A stretch of DNA of 63,810 bases, counting the filler, from Octopus bimaculoides (lineage: Eukaryota), in NCBI RefSeq assembly GCF_001194135.2. It is 5 parts of 5 records of this genome, joined end to end, with 100 filler letters (N's around TTAATTAATTAA, not from the genome) between each part and the next. Parts side by side here need not be neighbours in the genome. Positions count along the whole stretch, not along the records: positions 26,469 to 42,618 come from NC_069008.1; 4 more parts are not named here. One strand, given 5' to 3'. Positions 28,350 through 40,375 of this stretch are shown here, piece by piece (position 1 is the first letter of the stretch; the number at the start of each line of letters is the position of its first letter). Below the pieces are notes generated by a model. It was not told the DNA's origin and searched no databases. It saw only the letters and a list, made by a program, of their open reading frames with translations. The translations under genes were made by a program, and so were the position numbers.

Positions 28350-28471
28350 AACAATTTGTTGTTAATTTTGAACAAGTGATCGAAATTGATGACTTCTTAT
28401 TGGAGACTACTTCTGGATGAATTTCGAATGACCAACAACAGACTGGAAGGTTTCAATGTCTACGTAAGACG

Positions 28472-28650
28472 TTTAATCCTTTAGCATTGAAACCGGTCAT
28501 ATACGACCCAAAATATTCTACCCATTTTATGTTCAAACTGATCAGATCCAGCCACCCATAACCTACATTACAATGTCATTCTATAAATAACTGACCGCAT
28601 CATTGAAGTCTCAAGGCTATGAGATAATGCAGGATTAATGTCCAAGGCCA
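28472..28650 (+). mobile_element. TTAA-ended MITE (piggyBac-like ends), 3'-truncated
   Basis: ttaatcctttagcattgaaaccggtcatat...gagataatgcaggattaat is similar to 53146-53378. Confidence 0.6.
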
Positions 28651-29219
28651 TTCTCACCGGAAATATTGAAGAGAACAAGAAACGGTCAGGTATGTTTCGT
28701 GGATTGAAGATGATTTTCAAGAATGGACCGGAAAGAAGAGCCTGTGTTGATTATAAGAATGCATCAGAACAGGGAAAGTAATGGGGAATCTTGGCGAAAC
28801 GTGATTATAAGAAATCACAATTTAGGTTGGTTGAAATATGTTTGTCACATATTTCAACTGCTAAAGGCAAATACACTGCAGTTGCCATGGAGGAAAAAAA
28901 ATCTCTCTTAAGAAGAGAGATTATACGTAGACACTGCTTCGCGCAATTACTCTATTATAAGAAATACTTTCAGTCAATGACGAGTGTGCGTATAATACGT
29001 GAAACTTTGCTAACTCAAAGCTGGAAGACAACTTCTACAGTTATTTGATATTTGTTTATTTAATATTTGTACGTGGAGATTGTTAGAATTTTTATATCAG
29101 TTGTTTAACCAATATATACAAGGTTATCCCCACAAAAGGAAGAAATGTATACACTCTTCCAGAGCTGAAAACTCACGTAATTTCCATTTCTCTTTAGATT
29201 TAACTCGTTGGAACTGTTA

Positions 29220-29920
29220 AAAGTAGCCAAACCAAAAGTGCTGCTGGAGTTTTGAAAGTATATTCGAAATGCAAAAACAGTTTGAGAGAGAGTTTCAAAC
29301 AATCAACCAACACGACTTACGATCCCTCGAACTAAATGCAAGTTTGAAGAAGACGGAACTGTTCCGAAGTCTGTGGACATGTATGAGTGACACAAAACAA
29401 GAAAGGCGACCAGAACTGTTTTGCAAGGGTCCAAGGAAATCTGTGCGGCACTGAGAGTCATGAAATGGGAATTTCAAGATCAAGCGTTCTTCACATTTCG
29501 AAATATTGTCATTGGAAACATGATATTCAAAGAATAGTCAACACTCTTAATGAAAATGAAGAGTAGAGTAGAGTTTTGTGAGTGGAACTTGGCAAGATAC
29601 GAAGAAGAAGATGCAGACATTGCAACAAAGACTGTTTGGAATGATGATGCTGCATTTAAATTAAATGGCTCGGTTAACCTTTACAGTTGCACCTACTGAG
29701 GACCTAAGAATCCGTTTATTACGGAAGAATATGTTTGTCATTTTGTTAGAAGTTATAGAATGGTGCGACTTATTAATGAAAAGAATTAACTGGACCCTTT
29801 TTGGTGGAACTGTGACTGGTCCCATTTACTTAAACTTATTGGGACAATCTGTAATGCTAAGAGGACTTTGGAAGATGACGAGTTTTATTTGCAACAAGGT
29901 GAGGCACCCTCGCGACCCCA
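29220..29920 (+). mobile_element. Degraded Tc1/mariner-superfamily transposase
   Basis: Fragments QKQFEREFQ...[33 protein letters not shown] (WSDEA..LNG.VN..N..YW motif), GTVTGPIYLNLL and FYLQQGEAP (QQDGAP), with stops and frameshifts. Confidence 0.8.
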
Positions 29921-30324
29921 TGTATACACACACACACACANNNNNNNNNNNNNNNNNNNNNNNNNNNNNNNNNNNNNNNNNNNNNNNNNNNNNNNNNNNN
30001 NNNNNNNNNNNNNNNNNNNNNNNNNNNNNNNNNNNNNNNNNNNNNNNNNNNNNNNNNNNNNNNNNNNNNNNNNNNNNNNNNNNNNNNNNNNNNNNNNNNN
30101 NNNNNNNNNNNNNNNNNNNNNNNNATAACGATAAAAATCTGTAACGGTATGTTGTAGGATGTGAAAGATGGACAATGCATGAAGTTTTAAGGAAGTATTT
30201 ACCGTTACATTGCAATACCTTGCCTCTACGGGCAGTTTTTGATAGATCCAAAAGCATGCGAAGCAAAGTTTGTGTTTGTGTCCTCTTCATTGTTTAGTAG
30301 TAATTACAGAGAGAGATAGAATGA

Positions 30325-30808
30325 TGTTGTAAGAGAAGAGAATTAGAGCTAGTGTGAGTTTTAAGGTTGTAGGACGTTGTCTCACAGTTGCTGACAGTAA
30401 ACTTCATTTCTCCCTCCGGCCAGGGTTCTAGCTGGTCAGCCAGACTTCATTCTCATTGAGTCGTCACCATGTGACTGAACTCGTTGAGTCGTCACCAACT
30501 GGTGACTGAACTTTTTGCTTGGGGTTTCTTGCTTTTATAACAATCCAGAAGAATAGACATATCATTGAGAACAATAGATTTAGTTGGTGGTCTTGTTATC
30601 TCTATTCTAGCTTTCGGTGGAGTAGAAGAGGTTAGAAAGGGTCAAGTGGTGAAGACATTATTTCGGCCTAGCTAAAGGCATCGGGAAAATGTAAAACTGC
30701 TGTCAGAGAAAAACCATTGTTCCACCGTGGGAAAAGTTCTGTTGCAGTGTTAATTTAAATTTGGCTGTGGTGGATCGAATCCACTTCATGTCTGCAAGAT
30801 CCACTACA
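30325..30808 (-). mobile_element. Possible solo LTR
   Basis: Minus strand starts TGTAGTGG, ends CTTACAACA and has an internal TATAAAAG; no target-site duplication found. Confidence 0.35.
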
Positions 30809-30822
30809 TATATATACATATA

Positions 30823-30881
<59 letters not shown>

Positions 30882-30939
30882 TAATATAGGCTCAATATAA
30901 TACCATAGAAGAAAAACTTAAGAAATAAGAGTTAGAAAC

Positions 30940-31300
30940 TCTCGATGTTGTAAGATTGGGTTCTCCTGCTTGTGTGGCAGGGTGCAGAGTCCTGTTGCCA
31001 GACATTGGGTCTTCCATCAGCCACTCTCTTGATACAGGGCAGCACTACCTCCCCCGGATACTTGATGTAGGCCTCCCTGTTGAGCGTGAAGCCGTATGGG
31101 AAGATGAAGGGAGGCATAACGTCACCATCACTAGTGATCACTCCAAACCCCATGAAGTTTGCCTGGATGTTTGATTTTTATCAGTCTCGGTACATGTTTT
31201 GGGGACACGGTACGCCAACGATTGTTCTGTGTGGTCACCATCTGATCCACCACAGTAACGCGAGGCTTAATGAAAATGAAAATATCACGAAATCACTAGT
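30940..31300 (-). mobile_element. Tc1/mariner transposase catalytic-domain fragment
   Basis: GFGVITSDGDVMPPFIFPYGFTLNREAYIKYPGEVVLPCIKRVADGRPNVWQQDSAPCHTSRRTQS contains the QQDSAPCH second-Asp motif. Confidence 0.85.
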
Positions 31301-31645
31301 GACTCCCAGTGATATATTAAGAAGATAGCTTGGAGAGTTACCAGTGACTCCCAATGATATATTAAGGTAGCATGAAGAGTGATTGGCGACTCTCGTGGTA
31401 TATTAAGAATATAGCGTAGGAAGTTAGCAATGACTCCCATAGATATATTAAGAATACAGCGTGAGGAGTCACTATATTAAGAATATACTGTGGAGAGTCG
31501 CCGTGACTCTCCTGAATATATTAAGAATATAGCATATAGTTACAATGACTCTTGCAATAGATTAAGAATATAATGCAGAGAATTACCGTGACTCTCATGC
31601 ATTTATTTAGAATGCAGAGAGCGAAGTTAATGGTGACTTCCATCG
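31298..31645. repeat. Degenerate minisatellite of about 43-44 bp, about 8 units
   Basis: Recurring gtgactcyc..gatatattaagaatatagcgtggagagttacc; unit starts near 31300, 31344, 31386, 31430, 31503, 31544, 31587 and 31632. Confidence 0.85.
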
Positions 31646-32712
31646 TAGGCAAAGTGTTAAACAATTAGGCTGAAGTATGAGAAAGATCTAGCTGCTATTT
31701 CTGCACGGTCAAATAACCACGCACAATTGTCCCCATTGACTTCAGAATCTCCCCGCCGCCACCACCACCACCACCATTCGTTGTCCACACAACTCTACAG
31801 AAAGAAAGTCTTCTTTCGTCAGACATAAATTCCTTACGGCAAGCAATATATATAAAATATTAAAAAAGACACTTGTAACCGAAAGGGGAGGAGAGGAAAA
31901 CCCCCATAAAAATATGTTAAAGAGAACAGGGTCTATTGAGAAAGCTATCAGTTACCCCTGTCTGCAATACCTACCCGTCCCCTTACTTCTACGCCTGACA
32001 AATGTCGGCGTTGTTAAGCAGTGAAAATATGGCAGTGTTTTAAGACAGGAAGATAAATAGTGAAAAAGGGCAAGAAACCGGAAATAACAACTGAGCCGTC
32101 TTTCAGCGTTCTTTTAAAATCAAATAAATAAACAAAAAAGCCCCCTTTTCTTATTTATTTATTTATTCATTCATTCATTGCTATACGTACACCCACGCCA
32201 ATAATACAAACGCGTGTTNNNNNNNNNNNNNNNNNNNNNNNNNNNNNNNNNNNNNNNNNNNNNNNNNNNNNNNNNNNNNNNNNNNNNNNNNNNNNNNNNN
32301 NNNNNNNNNNNNNNNNNNNNNNNNNNNNNNNNNNNNNNNNNNNNNTATATATACACACACACACATACATCTGCTTGCTCCATTTAACACTGTTTCTGTT
32401 GGTTTCGACAGAACAGAAGGCTGATTTTCTCCATTTCACGCAGATTACAACGAAACAGCGCCACATTTGTTCCAAACCGGAAGAGTCACGTGCTTATGAT
32501 TTAATTACACAACATGGCTGACTTTCATTTTAGCTTTCACTGGAAGGGTCCATATGCTTACAACCTAAGCTGTTTTCAGGTTTCAGACAGAATCCATGCT
32601 GGAGCAACGTACTCCGTTACTTCCTCAATCATGTTACCACCAAGCATGTTTCAGGCTAATATATGTTTTATAGATCCTTATTTATTGACCAGCCCCGTTA
32701 GGTGAACATAGG

Positions 32713-32846
32713 GCAGTGGGTAAAGACCCCCTACCCCACCCCTTTTGGTAATGAATGACCACAAAATTCCTTCGCGGGCGGCAGAAAATACCTTAGTGAG
32801 TTGCACAAAATGCCTTCGCGGAACGCGGGTTGTCCATCGCTGACCT
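32713..32846. mobile_element. hAT-type MITE remnant
   Basis: gcacaaaatgccttcgcggaacgcgggttgtccatcgctg resembles hAT subterminal ends (gggccgcgggttgcccacccctg). Confidence 0.35.
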
Positions 32847-32949
32847 ATCCGGTTCACACGGAGATGCGCGCGGAAACATGCCCCGCCTCACATGACCAGC
32901 ATGATCGGAGTCAAAAGACAGAAACAAGGAAAGAATAAAGGAATAGATT

Positions 32950-33125
32950 TGTTGTCCCTCACTACTGCGTGACAGCCAGTCAGTTTTGGTGTGTTTAAAT
33001 CCCCGTAACTTAGCAGTTCGGCGAAAGACCCGATAAAATACGTACTAGCCTTGAAAAAGTCCTTGGGTCGATTTGTTCGACTAAAACAGTTCAAGGCGGT
33101 TGCTCCAGCATTGACGCAGTCAAAT
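32950..33125 (+). mobile_element. SINE family A 3' half
   Basis: ccccgtaacttagcagttcggcgaaagacccgataaaatacgtactag...gctccagcattgacgcagtcaaat. Confidence 0.8.
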
Positions 33126-33411
33126 ACAGGTGTAAATAAAACTCGTTAATCCCTGCAAATATACTAGAGCAAAATTGTAGGGTTAAAAGTTGCTTGACCC
33201 CCTCATCAAAGGACAGGTAAGCCTTGGCCATCAACTTCATCCTTCTGCCCTTGGAAGAGAAACAGCTTTAAACCAGAATTTGGCTGTGAGAGCTGTGCAG
33301 AGAGACATGCAGACGGCTGTGCGATGCGTTGCAACTTGTCACACATATACAACAAAAGCGGTCCTCTCTCTATCGCTTTCTCTCTGTCTGTCTGTCTCTC
33401 TCTCTCTCTCT

Positions 33412-33463
<52 letters not shown>

Positions 33464-33970
33464 NNNNNNNNNNNNNNNNNNNNNNNNNNNNNNNNNNNNN
33501 NNNNNNNNNNNNNNNNNNNNNNNNNNNNNNNNNNNNNNNNNNNNNNNNNNNNNNNNNNNNNNNNNNNNNNNNNNNNNNNNNNNNNNNNNNNNNNNNNNNN
33601 NNNNNNNNNNNNNNNNNNNNNNNNNNNNNNNNNNNNNNNNNNNNNNNNNNNNNNNNNNNNNNNNNNNNNNNNNNNNNNNNNNNNNNNNNNNNNNNNNNNN
33701 NNNNNNNNNNNNNNNNNNNNNNNNNNNNNNNNNNNNNNNNNNNNNNNNNNNNNNNNNNNNNNNNNNNNNNNNNNNNNNNNNNNNNNNNNNNNNNNNNNNN
33801 NNNNNNNNNNNNNNNNNNNNNNNNNNNNNNNNNNNNNNNNNNNNNNNNNNNNNNNNNNNNNNNNNNNNNNNNNNNNNNNNNNNNNNNNNNNNNNNNNNNN
33901 NNNNNNNNNNNNNNNNNNNNNNNNNNNNNNNNNNNNNNNNNNNNNNNNNNNNNNNNNNNNNNNNNNNNNN

Positions 33971-34029
<59 letters not shown>

Positions 34030-34381
34030 GTATATATATACAGAGAGAGAGAGAGATGTATATATATAGATGTGTGTGTGTGTATACACATAAATATATT
34101 AGACCGAATGAGATAACAAATCCAAGGCTGTGAGGAGTTTTCACCCCATTCGTAATGTGTGTTCCTAGATTAACGTTACATGGATCTTTCACCTGCACTA
34201 CACTATTCTTTTTTTTTTCTAATTTCTTTTATTGTTCTCCATTTCCTCCCATTCTACACTTTGTTCCGATGAAAGTTTGATCTCCGAAACGTCATTATTA
34301 ACCCATTTATCAGATCTTCAATCTCGTGAATTTGATCAACAACTTATCTTCTTCTCTTATTTTGTGTATCATTTGAAGCTC

Positions 34382-34415
<34 letters not shown>

Positions 34416-35783
34416 CTTCTCTCTCTCTCTCTCTCTCTTCCCCCCCCCTCTCTCTCTCTCTCATATACATAACGCCATAGAGGTCAGCTGTCCTGCTCAT
34501 GTGAATATATCGTTGAAACTAGGCACAACTGCTTCGAAACCTCCAGCTTTTGTATCCAGATTACAATTTCACATTTCTCCAAATAATAATTGGTGCGCTT
34601 AGATTTGTAAGTAAATGCCCCAAGTGACTTGCTTGGATTTTCAGAAAAAGAAATCAACCAACTGATTCGNNNNNNNNNNNNNNNNNNNNNNNNNNNNNNN
34701 NNNNNNNNNNNNNNNNNNNNNNNNNNNNNNNNNNNNNNNNNNNNNNNNNNNNNNNNNNNNNNNNNNNNNNNNNNNNNNNNNNNNNNNNNNNNNNNNNNNN
34801 NNNNNNNNNNNNNNNNNNNNNNNNNNNNNNNNNNNNNNNNNNNNNNNNNNNNNNNNNNNNNNNNNNNNNNNNNNNNNNNNNNNNNNNNNNNNNNNNNNNN
34901 NNNNNNNNNNNNNNNNNNNNNNNNNNNNNNNNNNNNNNNNNNNNNNNNNNNNNNNNNNNNNNNNNNNNNNNNNNNNNNNNNNNNNNNNNNNNNNNNNNNN
35001 NNNNNNNNNNNNNNNNNNNNNNNNNNNNNNNNNNNNNNNNNNNNNNNNNNNNNNNNNNNNNNNNNNNNNNNNNNNNNNNNNNNNNNNNNNNNNNNNNNNN
35101 NNNNNNNNNNNNNNNNNNNNNNNNNNNNNNNNNNNNNNNNNNNNNNNNNNNNNNNNNNNNNNNNNNNNNNNNNNNNNNNNNNNNNNNNNNNNNNNNNNNN
35201 NNNNNNNNNNNNNNNNNNNNNNNNNNNNNNNNNNNNNNNNNNNNNNNNNNNNNNNNNNNNNNNNNNNNNNNNNNNNNNNNNNNNNNNNNNNNNNNNNNNN
35301 NNNNNNNNNNNNNNNNNNNNNNNNNNNNNNNNNNNNNNNNNNNNNNNNNNNNNNNNNNNNNNNNNNNNNNNNNNNNNNNNNNNNNNNNNNNNNNNNNNNN
35401 NNNNNNNNNNNNNNNNNNNNNNNNNNNNNNNNNNNNNNNNNNNTCATACACATGTACCTACACGTATTCGTGGTAGATTCTCACACACGCAAACAAAACG
35501 ATAGACAGACAGAGAGATAGCTATAAATATAAATAGACAGACAGACAGAGAGATAGCTATATCTATATATATATATATGTGTAACTGTATGGTTGTGTTG
35601 GTACAAACATATTTACATACCGCGCGGACATCTGTGTGTGTGTGTGTGTGTGTGTGTGAAATATGAGCTTTGTATATTACGAAACTCACAGAAGGACAGA
35701 AGATGGCAAGAAAAACGAAAGAAAACAAAGATTAAAAACAAGAAAATATGAAGAATGTGGAAACATAAAAAAATTACAGAAAT

Positions 35784-35789
35784 ACTTAC
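35784..35789 (-). promoter_or_regulatory. 5' splice donor GTAAGT of the SVEP1 exon
   Basis: Plus-strand acttac at 35784-35789; protein similarity stops here and intron-like pyrimidine and microsatellite sequence follows. Confidence 0.9.
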
Positions 35790-36860
35790 GTTTGCTATTC
35801 TGAAGGCTCCTAGTGTGAAGGTGCCGCCCCCTAGATATCTGATTCTGGGTAAGTAGTCCTCTAGTAAGGAACACTTGTGGTTATCCGCCGTTGGGTCGGT
35901 TAAGAAGTCAACGTTTTTGATAATTTTCGTTTTTGACGAAAACGTGACGACGGCGACCCGTGTTGTGTTTTGGTCGACTGTGAAATCGGCCAAAAGCTTG
36001 CGGACGAATTTGATTTCATTGAAGAAGTTATGGTGGCCCACACTGCCGGAATTGTCAACAAGGAAGACAAGTTCAACTTGTTTGTTTTTCGTCTGACGAA
36101 GATCTGAGATGTGCCTTTTTAAAACGGCCCCCAAAAACTGGACCTTGTCTTTGGATTTTAACTGATGGGGTTGCACGCTTTTTATGTGGGACCCCACACT
36201 GTCAATACTGTTGATACTGTTACCCTCGACTGCATCGCTGTGGTGGTGTTCGATGGCATTGTAATAATGCCTTCGGTAAAACCCATTTGTGAAGGACGAA
36301 GATCTGGCGAGAACCGGTAAACTGTTGGTGACCATTGTCGTCATCAGAACCAGCAGGGCTCTGACCATCCACTTCTGTCGACGTGGGCATTGTTGTTGTT
36401 GTTGTGGCTGGTTTTTGTGATGGTGGTGCTGGTGGTGGATGTGCTTTTTGTTGTCTTGTTGTTGTTGTTGATGGTGGGGATGATGATGATGGTGGTGATG
36501 AGGAGGAAGATGTTGACTATGAAGTATGTTTTGTTTGTGATGATGGTTCTGATTGTTATGACGGTAGTGGTGGTGGTGGTGGTGGTGGGGATGGACCTGA
36601 TGAAGGGAAGGGTGCTGGAGGTGCGACGGTGACTGTTGCTTAGAAACGAGACTGTTAATATTGTTGTTGGTAATGGTGGTGTTGGTGGTGATATCAGTGG
36701 TAGTGGTGATATTATTTCTGTTATTGCTGTTGTTGTTCTCCATAGTACGGACGGTGCTGTCAATGTTGTCGGTTGTGGTAATGGATGTAGTAGTAGCAGC
36801 AGCAGTTGTATTTGTGACAATATCAGCCGCGAGGCAGAAGGATGCTGATCGTGGCAGCAT
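35790..36860 (-). CDS. SVEP1: First coding exon of an SVEP1/polydom-like gene (signal peptide plus N-terminal part of the vWA domain); true start may be 36860, 36743 or 36368
   Basis: Translation VQFLGAVLKRHISDLRQTKNKQVELVFLVDNSGSVGHHNFFNEIKFVRKLLADFTVDQNTTRVAVVTFSSK...HKCSLLEDYLPRIRYLGGGTFTLGAFRIAN matches the recalled vertebrate SVEP1 segment [32 protein letters not shown]...TRVAIVTFSSK...HKCALL...SYRGGGTYTKGAF. MIDAS DxSxS at 36056-36042. Similarity ends at a phase-0 donor AAC|GTAAGT (exon end 35790). In-frame TAA upstream of the ATG at 36860. Confidence 0.9.
36306..36368 (-). other. Putative signal peptide or signal anchor MVRALLVLMTTMVTNSLPVLA
   Basis: Basic n-region, uncharged core and V-L-A before a possible cleavage site; lies about 75 aa upstream of the SVEP1-like segment. 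Judged by eye, not run through SignalP. Confidence 0.6.
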
Positions 36861-37150
36861 CTGGAGTTCAACTTCTTAAGTTCTGCGACGAGAGAAAAAG
36901 TGTTTTGCTGCTGATTTTCAAAACAAGAATCGCCGAACCAATCACAGACCAACAACAACAACAACAACCTGCGCCAGACAACGGCACCGAATTCATGCGG
37001 CCACTCCACAAGCTAAAAATAGCAGCCAGATTCTCAATTTATTGTTGTAATTTCCAAACAGTTCTTTAAAATACTTTTGCCCTCGGGGCCTGGGTTTGTC
37101 TTTTGAAAAGGTCCACGTATTTAACAAACTAATTCTATTTATCAACCACG

Positions 37151-37446
37151 CAAGGGTGACTGTGTGGTAAGAAGGTTACTTCCTAAGTATACGGCTCCGG
37201 GTTCAGTCCCACTGCGTGACATCTTGGGCCAGCTAAAGTTTTGTCAATATATTCTTTTATTGATGCATATGTATATTCTTATATAGATTGCGTCCATGCT
37301 GGAGCACCACCTTTAGTCGAAGAAATCGACCCCAGGACTTATTCTTTGTATTCCTAGTCCTTACTTTACCGGTCTTTTTTGCCAAACCACTAGGTCACGG
37401 AGACGTAAACACCAAAATCGGCTGTCAGAGATGGTGGTGGACAAAC
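37151..37446. mobile_element. SINE family A head (+, 37151-37230) and 3' half (-, 37289-37446)
   Basis: gggtgactgtgtggtaag...gggttcagtcccactgcgtgac; ccatgctggagcaccacctttagtcgaagaaatcgaccccaggacttattctttgt. Confidence 0.8.
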
Positions 37447-37453
37447 ACACACA

Positions 37454-37495
<42 letters not shown>

Positions 37496-37843
37496 NNNNN
37501 NNNNNNNNNNNNNNNNNNNNNNNNNNNNNNNNNNNNNNNNNNNNNNNNNNNNNNNNNNNNNNNNNNNNNNNNNNNNNNNNNNNNNNNNNNNNNNNNNNNN
37601 NNNNNNNNNNNNNNNNNNNNNNNNNNNNNNNNNNNNNNNNNNNNNNNNNNNNNNNNNNNNNNNNNNNNNNNNNNNNNNNNNNNNNNNNNNNNNNNNNNNN
37701 NNNNNNNNNNNNNNNNNNNNNNNNNNNNNNNNNNNNNNNNNNNNNACACACACACACACGTGTGTGTGTGTGTGTTCCCTACCAACGCTTGACAACTGAT
37801 GTTGGTTTGTTTACATTTGTTTAACTAAGCGGTAGCGTCGTCT

Positions 37844-38152
37844 GTGAAGGCGCGTGTCTTGCCGGTTAGCGCATTCGGCTCACAGACGCAAGATCGTGAG
37901 TTCAATTCCCAGCGACGCGTTGTGTCCTTGAGCAAGACACTTTATTTCACGTTGCTCCAGTCCACTCAGCTGGCAAAAATGAGGTGTACCTGTATTTCAA
38001 AAGGGCCAGCCTTGTCACACTGAATCTCCCCCAAGAACTGCGTTAAGAGTACGCGTGTCTGTGGAGTACTCAACCATTTGCACGTTAATTTCATGAGTGA
38101 GCTGTTCTGTTGATAAGATCATCTGGGACACCCATCGTCGAAACCGACGGAG
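37844..38152 (+). mobile_element. SINE family B, full length
   Basis: tRNA-like head with B box gagttcaattccc, core tgtgtccttgagcaagacactttatttcacgttgctccagtccactcagctgg, tail aaccgacggag. Confidence 0.85.
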
Positions 38153-38714
38153 GGCCAAGTTCAAATCCAATTCAGTGCCGTCTTGGGGCATGGGCACACT
38201 GGGTAGTTGCCCAAAAGCCGCACTGGTTGGTCTGGAGGCCCAACCCTCGTCTACGTATGCTGTGGTTTGTTGTCATTAAATCAATACTTCAGGGCCCAGT
38301 GCATTAAATTGACCCCTGGGTGGATCTGTAATGTTGTAAAGATGGGCCCCGCTTAGCGGTTTAGTAAATGAGACCCATTGAATAAGTACCTGGCTGTAAA
38401 ACTATAAATCTTGGGGTCGATTTATGCGGTGCCCCAGCATGACCGTTACCCAATGAGTGAAACTGTTGTTGTGCATTTCAAGGAGAAAGAAAAGGCAGAG
38501 GTGCACTCGGCAAATGCCTATTGTGAAGGCCCGTGGAGGTCCTCAAAAGTGAAGGTGTGCAGGGCCCGTGGTACAACATCCTTTATCTTCTTAACGTCTT
38601 CAAAACAATTGCCCTTGGAGTTCTCTTTTAGCTCGGGGGAACAACCAAAAGCCACTGGGAGAAGGGTTTGGACTGTAAGGAGAAAAGGTAAGGGATAAGT
38701 TTTGATGCCCCCCC

Positions 38715-39250
38715 CTCTCTGTGATGAAGCTGCTTACCAGGATGCTCGTTACTCAGCACCTACGGAGAAAACTTGACACAAATTTTGCGCCTGTTCAGAT
38801 CTTCGTGAATAATTCTGAGAACATTCACCATTTCCACCTCCAAACCGTTTGCTTATAATCTTTATAGACACACGACGGTCTTCATGAAGAAAATTGCAAA
38901 TTCAATAACCCATCTCTGATGTTCTGACGTCCTTCTCCCTCTCTCCTCTACGCCTCATCCTCGCTCACCTCCTCTCTACCAACCTTGAACCTCTTGCGCC
39001 AGTGAAAAATAAAAACTCAGTTCATACGATTTAATCCATTGACAGTCTGGAGCATTTTATTATTTTCTGTAACGTTTTTGCCCAGTTTCAACACACAACT
39101 CCATTACAAACTGAGCTTCCAAATCGTCTTCCTCTCCTGACTGCATTCTGCAAACCAATCAGTTGCGACAAGAAGTGTTCGGTAGGGTGTGTTCAAAGTG
39201 CTGTCATAGCCGTCTCCTTCATTCTGGAATAACAAAAGGTGGCAGGTCAG
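38715..39250 (-). mobile_element. Mariner transposase N-terminal remnant
   Basis: Minus-strand fragments MLQTVNGLNRMN*VFIFHWRKRFKVGREEVSEDE and VLRIIHEDLNRRKICVKFSP*VL match mariner HTH-region motifs. Confidence 0.75.
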
Positions 39251-39406
39251 TTTATTAGATGCATAATAATGATATAATAAAATTACAATAATTAAGGGCA
39301 GTTGTAAGCAATTGTAACAGCTCTGCTAAAAAGCTAAAGCTTCAGAACTCCTGGAAAACATCTCGCATCTATCTGTCTATCTCTCTATCTATCTATCTAT
39401 CATCTA

Positions 39407-39451
<45 letters not shown>

Positions 39452-40177
39452 TTATTTATCTACCTGTCTATCTATCTATCTATCTGTCTGACTATCTATC
39501 TATCTATCTGTCTGTCTATCTATCTATGTATCTATCTATCTATCTATCTATCTCTGTCTGTCTGTCTGTCTGTCTGTCCATCCATCCATCCATCTATCTA
39601 TCTATCTATCTATCTTTCTGTCTGTCTGACTATGTGTGCCTGTCTGTCTGTCTGTCTATCTATCCATCTTTCTATTGACTGTCTTTTATCTATCTCAGTT
39701 CACATACACACTCACACTCACTCACACACATACACACGCGCACACACCCCTACACATTTATGTATAATCAGTGACTGTGGATGCAGCGTGTTTAAGCTCT
39801 TAAATTTGGTTGCAGAACGAACACGGACGTCCTGCTTTCAGTTGGTGCCGAAACGGTGGGGATGGAACGAGTGTTTGCGGAGAGGTGGGCGAGGCAGGGA
39901 GAGCGTTGGCGTTTCTACGGATAAACATAGACGACATGTTATATTAAGCGGGTTAGGGTTAAGGGGCTCGGGAGGGAGTGGTAGCAGTGCGACGAGGGTG
40001 GTGGTAGAAGTGATGGAAGAGGAGAGGGAGAGAGAGAGAGGGGGGAGAGGGAGAGAGAGAGAGAGACAGGGGAGGTAGGGAGAGGATGAACAGCGAAAGA
40101 CGGATTGAAAGTGAAGAGAGGAGGGGCCGATGTAAAGGATGGCGGATGCGGAGTAAGAGGAATCTGTGATTAAGGGA

Positions 40178-40248
<71 letters not shown>

Positions 40249-40333
40249 ACGAAGAGCATTTTTGCAGGGCTTTTTCTAATGAGAGCCTTATGTAGACGAA
40301 CCGGGGGGCGGGGAGGAAGTGTATACACACACG

Positions 40334-40367
<34 letters not shown>

Positions 40368-40375
40368 TACACACA

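Noticed and set aside
31298-31645. CRISPR-like periodicity
   Set aside because: Eukaryotic context, no cas genes, and the inter-core sequences are related to each other rather than unique spacers.
34261-34300. Third hammerhead-like string ccgatgaaagtttgatctccgaaacgtc
   Set aside because: Core-like words are present, but stem II cannot close and the flanks do not form stem I; at best a decayed Penelope-type end.
35613-35789. C-terminal part of the 415-aa ORF (VSISVIFLCF...HTHTH)
   Set aside because: Read-through past the GTAAGT donor into intron; not SVEP1-like.
37844-37915. tRNA gene
   Set aside because: The tRNA-like A/B boxes run directly into SINE body sequence and no cloverleaf forms; the same holds for other SINE heads.
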